Shown: positions 1 to 7,479 of the stretch, piece after piece
Layout of the letters: every line of letters begins with the position of its first letter
Position numbering within the stretch: the first letter of the stretch is position 1
Assembly (NCBI GenBank): GCA_004524535.1
Contig: SDNY01000006.1
Span: forward strand, 1 to 53,880
Length of the DNA: 53,880 bases
Direction: 5' to 3'
From: Promethearchaeota archaeon
Lineage (GTDB): Archaea > Asgardarchaeota > Lokiarchaeia > Sigyniarchaeales > SOKP01
The notes under the pieces: model-generated
What the model was told of the DNA's origin: nothing
The model's input: only the letters and a program-made list of their open reading frames with translations
Database searches by the model: none
Made by a program: the position numbers and the translations under genes

Positions 1-125
1 ATTAATTATTCAATAAAAATTAAGTCCATTAAATGTCACTTTGATTAAAAATATATTTAAATTTTTATTAAAACTAATTTGTAGTAATTAATTAATAGAA
101 TATGAAAAAAAGGTGTATAAATTAA

Positions 126-1394
126 ATGGTAAATTATAAAGTAGCCGATGAGAATTTAGCAGAAAAAGGTAAAGAAGCGATATATATTGCTGAAAATAAA
201 ATGCCTGTCATTGCAAAAATTATTCGTGAAAGATTTATGAAAGAAAAACCTCTTGAAGGGATAAAAATTGCAGGTTGTTTACATATTACAAAAGAGACCG
301 CAAATTTAGCAAGAACATTAAAAGCAGGTGGTGCTGAAGTATATTTATGTGGGAGCAATCCTCTCTCTACACAAGATGATGTTGCTGCAGCCTTAATTAA
401 GGAGGATATTAATGTTTTTGCATGGCATGGAAATACTGACGAAGAATTCTATTGGTGTATTAGAGAATGTTTAAAAGCAAATCCTAATATTTTAATTGAC
501 GACGGTGCTGACATGATAGTTACTGCTCATAAAGAATTTCCTGAACTTATTTCATCTGGGACTATTATTGCTTGTCAAGAAGAAACTACCACTGGTGTAA
601 AAAGGTTCAGAGCAATGGATAAGCAAGGTGTATTAAAAGTACCATTATATCCAGTAAACGATGCGCGTTGTAAAAATCAATTTGATAATGAATTAGGCAC
701 CGGACAAGGTATTGTATCTGCTATTTATGGTATGCACGTTCTTTTTGCTGGAAGAACAGTCGTGATTGCAGGTTATGGACATTGTTCTTCAGGAATGGCA
801 CTTAGAGCGAGAGGATTAGGATCAAATGTTATTGTTACAGAAGTAGATCCTATAAAAGCACTCCAAGCAAGGTTTGCTGGATATCAAGTAATGCCTATTG
901 CCAAAGCTCTTCCAGATGCAGATATAGTCCTTACTGCTACAGGTTGTAAACATGTCATAGCGCCAAATAAAGAAATGTTTGATTTACTCAAGGATGGTGT
1001 AATTCTTGGGAATCTAGGACATTTTGATATTGAAATACCTACCAAAGAATTATATGAATATGCTAAGGAAATTAAACCTATTCGTAGCAACGTTGAGGAA
1101 TTAATCTTTCCTGATGGAAAGAAAGTATATTTATTAGCAAAAGGAAGATTAGCAAATTTAGTTCTATCCGAAGGTCATCCGAGCGAAGTTATGGATATGT
1201 CTTTCTCACTTCAATCTTTAATGTCCGAGTATATCGTTAAGAATAAGCATTCTTTAAAACCAGGAATTATTGAAGTTCCTGAAGAAATTGATGATAAAAT
1301 TGGTTTCCTTAAATTAAAATCAATGGGCATCGAGATTGACACACTAACAGAAGAACAATACAATTATATTCATGGTTTTGAAGAAGGAACTTAA
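126..1394 (+). CDS. ahcY: S-adenosyl-L-homocysteine hydrolase (adenosylhomocysteinase)
   Basis: 422 aa; family motifs GCLHIT, SNPLSTQD, DDGAD, EETTTGV, KxxFDN, GYG NAD-binding loop, GHPSEVMDMSF. Confidence 0.97.
   Translation: MVNYKVADENLAEKGKEAIYIAENKMPVIAKIIRERFMKEKPLEGIKIAGCLHITKETANLARTLKAGGAEVYLCGSNPLSTQDDVAAALIKEDINVFAWHGNTDEEFYWCIRECLKANPNILIDDGADMIVTAHKEFPELISSGTIIACQEETTTGVKRFRAMDKQGVLKVPLYPVNDARCKNQFDNELGTGQGIVSAIYGMHVLFAGRTVVIAGYGHCSSGMALRARGLGSNVIVTEVDPIKALQARFAGYQVMPIAKALPDADIVLTATGCKHVIAPNKEMFDLLKDGVILGNLGHFDIEIPTKELYEYAKEIKPIRSNVEELIFPDGKKVYLLAKGRLANLVLSEGHPSEVMDMSFSLQSLMSEYIVKNKHSLKPGIIEVPEEIDDKIGFLKLKSMGIEIDTLTEEQYNYIHGFEEGT
1308..1394 (+). repeat. Direct repeat copy 1 (87 bp): last 28 codons plus stop of ahcY
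   Basis: Matches 2278..2364 with 11 mismatches counted by eye; the only amino-acid change is K to Q. Confidence 0.93.
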
Positions 1395-1404
1395 TCTATA
1401 TCCT

Positions 1405-1722
1405 TTATAACTTTTTATATTTTTTTAATATTTTTTCAATTTCTAATTCTGCTTCTGACATCTTATATTTTAAAGAGATGTTTCTTTTATGTAATTCGTC
1501 GTGAAATTCCCAAATGGATATTCCTGCAATTTCTGAAGCTTTTCCTAAAGATATTTTATCTTCGAGATATTGCTTTAGCGCATATTCTATTTTTTCTTGT
1601 GCAATACTTTTCCACAATAACTTTCTAATATAAGAGGACTGGTCTTCATTATTTAATTCCTTTAATTTATCAATTTCTTCTTTCAAATCATCTGGCAGAA
1701 TGATAGATATTTTATCCCCCAT
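1405..1722 (-). CDS. UPF0175-family antitoxin-like protein (RHH-like N-terminus plus HTH)
   Basis: ISIILPDDL..IDKL..QSSYIRKLL followed by ISLGKASEIAGISIWEF. ATG at 1722 is preceded by GGTGA and overlaps the end of the PIN gene. Confidence 0.85.
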   Translation of the reverse strand: MGDKISIILPDDLKEEIDKLKELNNEDQSSYIRKLLWKSIAQEKIEYALKQYLEDKISLGKASEIAGISIWEFHDELHKRNISLKYKMSEAELEIEKILKKYKKL

Positions 1723-2209
1723 ATTTCTCACCTTTTTCTATATATTCTTGAATTACGTCTGCAGAAATCCAACTATTTTCTGCATATTGTTTAATATTTG
1801 ATTTATATTCTGAAAAATCTATAATCTCTGAAATTAATAACTCGAAAATAGTGGCAATTGTTGTTTGATGTTCAATCTGAAGGATTTGAGCCAAATTCCG
1901 AGCTTTCTTATCATCAATTAATAGTAATTCGTTCTGTTGTTTAGCTAACTCAATTGCTTCCAATTCTCCTATACCTAAGGGTGGGTAGAATGACTCATCG
2001 AATGACTCTAAATTAGTTACAATTATTTTTTCTTCTTTTATAAAACTCTCAATGGTAAAAGCTTCAGAATAATTTTTTAATTTTCCTTTTACTACGACTT
2101 CATCGAAAACAGCTTTAGGGATAGTTACGTTTTTAATTAATCTAAATAAATATTGTATCTTTCCCAATCTTATTAGATGTATCAATGGACTTGAATTAGA
2201 TATGACCAT
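1712..2209 (-). CDS. PIN-domain toxin-like protein (DUF3368 type)
   Basis: VISNSSPLI, IPKAVFDE, LGIGELEAI and LLIDDKKAR are PIN acidic motifs. Confidence 0.88.
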   Translation of the reverse strand: MVISNSSPLIHLIRLGKIQYLFRLIKNVTIPKAVFDEVVVKGKLKNYSEAFTIESFIKEEKIIVTNLESFDESFYPPLGIGELEAIELAKQQNELLLIDDKKARNLAQILQIEHQTTIATIFELLISEIIDFSEYKSNIKQYAENSWISADVIQEYIEKGEKYGG

Positions 2210-2277
2210 ATGACATTATATGATTTTGTCATATATAAATATTACCAAATCTGTTATTATCATATCATAAAAGTATT

Positions 2278-2364
2278 CTAAAGCTTCAATCCATGGGCAT
2301 TGAGATTGATACACTGACAGAAGAACAATACAATTACATTCATGGTTTCGAAGAAGGAACTTAA
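2278..2364 (+). pseudogene. Direct repeat copy 2: orphan ahcY 3' end (LKLQSMGIEIDTLTEEQYNYIHGFEEGT*)
   Basis: Near-synonymous copy of the ahcY C-terminus with no 5' part, followed by a T-tract. Confidence 0.9.
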
Positions 2365-2366
2365 GA

Positions 2367-2378
2367 TTTTTTTTTTTT
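2367..2378 (+). terminator. Poly-T archaeal terminator-like tract
   Basis: 12 T starting two nt after the stop codon of the orphan ahcY end. Confidence 0.5.
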
Positions 2379-2498
2379 AGTTTTTTATCTCTAAACTGCT
2401 ATTGATGAGTCAATGCTTTCATTTTGATTTAATTAAAAAAAAAATTTATTAACATCCAAAATTTAGAGAATGCATCTAAAGTCAATTGGTACATTACT

Positions 2499-3116
2499 AT
2501 GAGTAAAACAATAAAAAAGCTACCCCTATATCTTATATCTGTTATATTAACCAATATTTTTTATTATTCACTTTTAATTCCGGCTGCTTTTTTATATCCT
2601 GGATATTCGCCTTTTATAAACTCGGTTTCTTCCTTAGGACATACCACGAAAAATCCCAATGGTTGGTTTCTATTTCCCATATCCCTATTTTTAATGAGCA
2701 TCGCATTAATTCCATTTATATTTGGCACAAAAAAATGGTATGAATCTCAGCCATCTGTAAAAAAATCAATAATAGCTATACAGATAATTGGATTATTCAA
2801 TAGTCTCTCGATGATAATGATTGGAATTTATCCAACTAATGTGGCTCCTGTGGAACATGAGTTTTGGAGCCTAATGAATTTCATATGTATTGAATTGGTA
2901 ATACTAATCGCCATTGTCGGTTTAAGAAATCACCCTTCTTATTGGAAGCGGATTTCAATAATTGCTATTATTGCTTTTGTATTGTGTATAGCATATATAT
3001 TCTTATTACGTATCATTCACTACCCTTATGCGACAATTTTTGAGTGGTTAACGTTCATATTAATCTTAGGATTTCTTTTAATACTAAGTATAAACATGTA
3101 TAAAGAAGAACTATAA
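2499..3116 (+). CDS. DUF998-like multi-pass membrane protein
   Basis: YPGYSPFINSVSSLG motif, about 6 hydrophobic segments, H after GIYP, terminal FEW. Confidence 0.7.
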   Translation: MSKTIKKLPLYLISVILTNIFYYSLLIPAAFLYPGYSPFINSVSSLGHTTKNPNGWFLFPISLFLMSIALIPFIFGTKKWYESQPSVKKSIIAIQIIGLFNSLSMIMIGIYPTNVAPVEHEFWSLMNFICIELVILIAIVGLRNHPSYWKRISIIAIIAFVLCIAYIFLLRIIHYPYATIFEWLTFILILGFLLILSINMYKEEL

Positions 3117-3338
3117 AAAAATCCTATAGTTAAGAATTAGATTCCTGAGACGATTTTAATCCTAATGCTTTAGTATTTTTCAAAAAAATCGAATTTTAGA
3201 TGAGGATGAGAATAAATCTATAGAGTTAATTTAAATATAATCTAAACAATATATCTTTTATAAAGAAATATAATTAAATCATAAAGAATATCTATGAGAT
3301 AATTATTTATTGAATTCTATAAATTTTGTGATTAATAA

Positions 3339-4289
3339 ATGAGTTTAAGTGAAGGAGCTAAAGTAATTGTAGAAACATGCATGGGAATAAAACCAAATGA
3401 AAATGTGTTAATCATTACAATGAAACGATTCTCTAAGAAAGCGAAACTTTTAGCTGAACAAGCAGAATTATTAGGAGCAAATACAAATATTTTAACCGTT
3501 GATAATGAAGTCTTGCTAAGTGAACCTCCCGAGGCGATAGCTAAAAAGATGCGTGAGTCAGATGTGGTTTTAGCAACACTTAATCTTACTACAATACAAT
3601 ATTTTTTACAAACAAATGCGAGAAATGCAGCAATTCAAAAAGGTGCAAGAGTTGCGGCTGTTCCTTATATAAGGACTGATATCACCAAAGAAGATGTTTA
3701 TAAAATTACTGAATTAACTGAAAAACTTGGAGAGATTTTAACAAATGGTTCCGAAGCAAGGATCTCAACTAATGCAGGAACTAATCTTGTAATGTCAATC
3801 AAAGATCGCGTTTCAGCTCTTTTAAGAGTTAGACACGTAGTTCCTGGCGCATTTGGGGCTGTTCCAGATTATGCTGAAGCTTGTATAGCACCTATAGAAG
3901 ATAAAACGGAAGGTATAGCTATAATAGATGTATTTTTTGAAAAAGTTGGGAAAATTAGCAATCCAGTAAAAATCACAATTGAAAATGGGAGAGCAGTGAA
4001 AATCGAAGGAAAAGAAGAAGCAGAAAAAATTAGAAATATTATAAAAAATGCAGATGAGAATGGAAATGTTATTGCTGAATTAGGAATTGGAACAAATCAT
4101 ATATTAAAACAATTTACAGGGACTATCGGTGATAAAATGAGAATAGGTACTGCTCATATTGCTATTGGCAAAAGTCTAAACATTGGAGGTGAAGTATATA
4201 GCAATATTCATCATGATGGTGTTATGAATAATGTAACAATTGAAATTGATAGGCAAGAAATACTTAAAGATGGACACTTTACTCTTTAG
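3339..4289 (+). CDS. M29-like (AmpS/thermophilic metalloprotease-type) aminopeptidase
   Basis: GTNL, AELGIGTN, HIAIG and HHDG motifs; some metal ligands look divergent. Confidence 0.8.
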   Translation: MSLSEGAKVIVETCMGIKPNENVLIITMKRFSKKAKLLAEQAELLGANTNILTVDNEVLLSEPPEAIAKKMRESDVVLATLNLTTIQYFLQTNARNAAIQKGARVAAVPYIRTDITKEDVYKITELTEKLGEILTNGSEARISTNAGTNLVMSIKDRVSALLRVRHVVPGAFGAVPDYAEACIAPIEDKTEGIAIIDVFFEKVGKISNPVKITIENGRAVKIEGKEEAEKIRNIIKNADENGNVIAELGIGTNHILKQFTGTIGDKMRIGTAHIAIGKSLNIGGEVYSNIHHDGVMNNVTIEIDRQEILKDGHFTL

Positions 4290-4396
4290 TGAATAAAAGG
4301 ATTAGATTTATATCTTATGAATAAAAGTAACATAATTGAACTTAAATCTGGAAAGATTCAAGTTTTTTCTTATTTTTCTAATAAAAACTAAAATAT

Positions 4397-5443
4397 TCAA
4401 GGTTTAGGGTATAACATTTCTTTTGCACCCGCATCTCCATAAATTTCACGTGCAAGATTTCTTAGCCCATCTAATCCAATTGGTTCTTCCTTAAGCCTAA
4501 TGGATTGCCAAATTTTTATATTATTAAACTCATTTATTATATCTTCTACATAATTAAGTTGCATAGAACGCATACTATTACAAAAGTCACATTTTTTTGC
4601 TTTAGGAGTTATCATGTTAATATGGACTGCATCAAGACTAATATATTTTTTAGTCAAATCTCTCGCTCTTTTAATCTCTTCGAATGATGGTTTCTCCGCA
4701 ATAGTTACTAGTCTAAGTGATCCTACGTCGTGGATTAAATTTGATATACGTTCTCCTCTCTGTTCCAGATCATTTAACATTTTTACTATTTCATCTCCGA
4801 TACTTACTCTCTTTCCCTCCTGTTCGAAAGGATGAAGAGAATTTTTTATTGAATTATAAAAGTTTAAAGAATACTTTAAGACTCCTTTAAGAGAATTTTT
4901 TATTGAATTATAAAAGTTTAAAGAATACTTTAAAACTACTTTAACTTGATCTTCTGGAATATCGAAAAGAGCTACCATATTTGCTGTTGGGGGAAAATCT
5001 GCAACAATGACATCAAATTGTACACCCTGAGCATTTATATCCTCCGCATCTAAGATTTTTTGGAAAAACATAGCATTTTTAAGGGCTAATGGGATTGAAT
5101 CTGCTGTAAAAGTAGTATCTATAAAATTTTTTATTTGTGGAATTAAACCTACGATGGGCATTTTTTTTAACAAACTTCGCAATTTTTTTGCGAAAAGATC
5201 AGTATATTCTTTTGCATAAACATCTGGATCCGGTTCAATAGCCCAAAGATTTTTTGTCAATGGAGTTAATTTATCACCAATATCGCATGCAAATAGATCG
5301 CTAAGATTATGTGCCATATCGAAAGAGATGAGAAGAAATCTTTTATCTGGAAGGAGATCAGATAAAGCAACAGCAGTTGCTGCACTAATACTGCTTTTTC
5401 CAACGCCCCCTTTACCACCCAATACAAGTATTCTTTCAATCAT
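4397..5443 (-). CDS. ArsA/GET3-family ATPase
   Basis: Deviant Walker A GGKGGVGKS, DMAHNLSD, DFPPT, C-terminal CxxC (CDFC), EPIGLDGL. Start placed at ATG 5443 (MIERILV). Confidence 0.88.
   Translation of the reverse strand: MIERILVLGGKGGVGKSSISAATAVALSDLLPDKRFLLISFDMAHNLSDLFACDIGDKLTPLTKNLWAIEPDPDVYAKEYTDLFAKKLRSLLKKMPIVGLIPQIKNFIDTTFTADSIPLALKNAMFFQKILDAEDINAQGVQFDVIVADFPPTANMVALFDIPEDQVKVVLKYSLNFYNSIKNSLKGVLKYSLNFYNSIKNSLHPFEQEGKRVSIGDEIVKMLNDLEQRGERISNLIHDVGSLRLVTIAEKPSFEEIKRARDLTKKYISLDAVHINMITPKAKKCDFCNSMRSMQLNYVEDIINEFNNIKIWQSIRLKEEPIGLDGLRNLAREIYGDAGAKEMLYPKP
4835..4933. repeat. Perfect 45-bp tandem duplication (period 54 bp, in frame) inside the ArsA/GET3 gene
   Basis: aagagaattttttattgaattataaaagtttaaagaatactttaa at 4835 and 4889; gives VLKYSLNFYNSIKNSL twice. 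Confidence 0.92.
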
Positions 5444-5483
5444 CCACCAATCATCCACCTAATACAAGTATTCTTTCAATCAT
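5421..5483. repeat. 23-bp direct repeat (period 40 bp) duplicating the ArsA/GET3 start
   Basis: aatacaagtattctttcaatcat at 5421 and 5461; the upstream copy forms mini-ORF MIERILVLGG* (5483..5451, minus strand). Confidence 0.9.
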
Positions 5484-5817
5484 TTAATAAAATAAACTTT
5501 TTTTTTTTAAAAAGAAAGATTATGAATTAAAAATAAGAATTCAATAAAAATCATTAAGATTTAAATTTGAATTTATCGCCAATATTTATTTGTAAAAAAT
5601 TTTATTAGATGCCAAATTAAATTATACTTGATCATTAATAATTTGATTAATAATTAACATTTAAAAATAACAATAAATCATTAAACAAATAAATTAAAAT
5701 TATCAATCATATCAAAAAATCAGAATTTTTACTCATAAAAGTAAAATATAATTAATTAACTTATCAAAAAACAAGAATTATTAACCACATAAATAAATTA
5801 CAGTTATCACTTAAATT

Positions 5818-5920
5818 CAGACGTAATAGCCATGCTTATAATAGCAAATTATAAGGTGGCGTTTGTATTCGAAATTATAAGTTAAGATTATAATTCGAAA
5901 TTATAAGTTGAGATTTTAAT
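5818..5920. promoter_or_regulatory. Hairpin plus 26-bp-periodic AAATTATAAG motif upstream of dnaG
   Basis: Inverted repeat GCCAT-G-CTTATAAT/ATTATAAG-GTGGC; AAATTATAAG at 5846, 5872 and 5898. Confidence 0.45.
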
Positions 5921-5975
5921 TCTGATTTTTTTTAATCAAAATATAAGAAATGTAACTAAAAAAAATCATATAGGA

Positions 5976-7148
5976 GTGATTAAGATTACAAATAGTCAGA
6001 CTGATTTTACCACTAAATATATAATCGATGCAAATTTTACAATCAAGGGCGTAGTTGAGAAATCAGATATCGTTGGAGCGGTTTTTGGCCAGACAGAAGG
6101 ACTCCTCTTAGACCTTGATTTAAGAGATCTTCAAAAATCAGGTCGAATAGGAAGGATAGAAGTAGAAAATGAATCTAAGGAAGGAATTTCCGAGGGCGTC
6201 ATCAAAATCCCTTCCAGTCTTACCCGTAAAGAAACAGCGCTACTTGCTGCGACCATAGAAACTGTATCTCGCGTAGGACCTTGTGAAGCTGAAATAAAAT
6301 TAATTGAAATTAAAGATGTCCGGGAAACAAAACGTAAGCAAATCATAGAAAGAGCAGCCGAACTATTAAAAGAATGGGATTCAAAATCTATGGAACCTTC
6401 TGAAATAGAAGAAAAAATAGATAAAGACATTAAACTTGGAGAAATAACCTCTTGGGGACCGGAAAAACTACCAGCTGGACCTGAAATTAATGATAGTTCC
6501 GAAATTATAATCGTAGAAGGGAGAGCTGATGTTTTAAATTTGCTAAGAATTGACGTTAAAAATACGGTTGCTGTTCAAGGAACAGAAATACCCAAATCAA
6601 TCATTGACTTAACAAAGAGTAAATCAACTGTAACAGCATTTTTAGATGGTGATAGAGGAGGTACAATTATCTTAAACGAGCTATTACAAATAGCTAAAAT
6701 AGATTATGTTGCAAGAGCCCCAGATGGATATGAGGTTGAGGAGCTAACGAGAAAGCAAATGATAAAAGCGCTACAAAATAAAAGGCCTATAAATAAATTA
6801 AATAAAAAAGATATGCCTAAGGATGAAAGCAAAGAAAATGCACTTAGTAATATCTTGAAAAAACTTAAAGTAAAGAACGAGGATTTAATAATTGAAGAGA
6901 TTAATAATATTAAACCTGGACAGAGCATAGGATTTAATAAAAAATTGGATAAACTTTTTGAGATGTCTGTCGGAGAAATCTTTAAAAAAATACGCGATTA
7001 TAAGGATATAACATACATAATTATTGATGGAGTGTTAACAAAACGTTTGCTTTCAATTTGCGTTAATTTAAAAATAAAATTTATAGCATGTAAAACTAAG
7101 GAAAATAAATTAAGAGTTCCAAAAAATATCTCAATTTATTTTTTTTAA
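5976..7148 (+). CDS. dnaG: Archaeal DnaG (TOPRIM, exosome-associated primase-like protein)
   Basis: GVVEKSDIVGAVFGQTEGLL, LQKSGRIGRI, IIVEGRADV, FLDGDRGG; GGAG before GTG start. Confidence 0.96.
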   Translation: MIKITNSQTDFTTKYIIDANFTIKGVVEKSDIVGAVFGQTEGLLLDLDLRDLQKSGRIGRIEVENESKEGISEGVIKIPSSLTRKETALLAATIETVSRVGPCEAEIKLIEIKDVRETKRKQIIERAAELLKEWDSKSMEPSEIEEKIDKDIKLGEITSWGPEKLPAGPEINDSSEIIIVEGRADVLNLLRIDVKNTVAVQGTEIPKSIIDLTKSKSTVTAFLDGDRGGTIILNELLQIAKIDYVARAPDGYEVEELTRKQMIKALQNKRPINKLNKKDMPKDESKENALSNILKKLKVKNEDLIIEEINNIKPGQSIGFNKKLDKLFEMSVGEIFKKIRDYKDITYIIIDGVLTKRLLSICVNLKIKFIACKTKENKLRVPKNISIYFF

Positions 7149-7235
7149 ATTAAACTTTTATATAATTTTTTAAAATAGAAAAAGATTACTTGCCGATTGG
7201 GAGAGCTACAGAAAAGATTAACTGAATAACGTAGG

Positions 7236-7463
7236 TTATTTTTCTTCATTTATTCCGTTTGTTTCGTCAATTAAAGCCTTTAATAATAAATACGCGGTTT
7301 CTCCTTTCTCGGTAAGCTCAATTGATTTATTCTTTACCTTAATCAAACCATGTTCAATCATTTGTGGTTTTACCCGATAATAAGCATTATGGTAGGATTC
7401 CTTTATTAATTCTGTAAAGAGTTCCTTTTCTTTCTTGATTTCAGGGTTATCATGAAGAATCAT
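7236..7463 (-). CDS. Small winged-helix protein (possibly a fragment)
   Basis: MIEHGLI...IELTEKG wing motif, 75 aa. Confidence 0.55.
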   Translation of the reverse strand: MILHDNPEIKKEKELFTELIKESYHNAYYRVKPQMIEHGLIKVKNKSIELTEKGETAYLLLKALIDETNGINEEK

Positions 7464-7479
7464 TTAACGTTCCCCTTCC

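Noticed and set aside
5444-5483. 40-nt insert at the ArsA/GET3 start as another BHB intron
   Set aside because: It is a direct duplication with no inner hairpin or 4-bp central helix.
5818-5865. SECIS element
   Set aside because: No AUGA/GA kink-turn core and no neighbouring gene with a plausible in-frame TGA.
5846-5920. Mini CRISPR array
   Set aside because: The 26-bp period leaves no room for unique spacers, and no cas genes are present.
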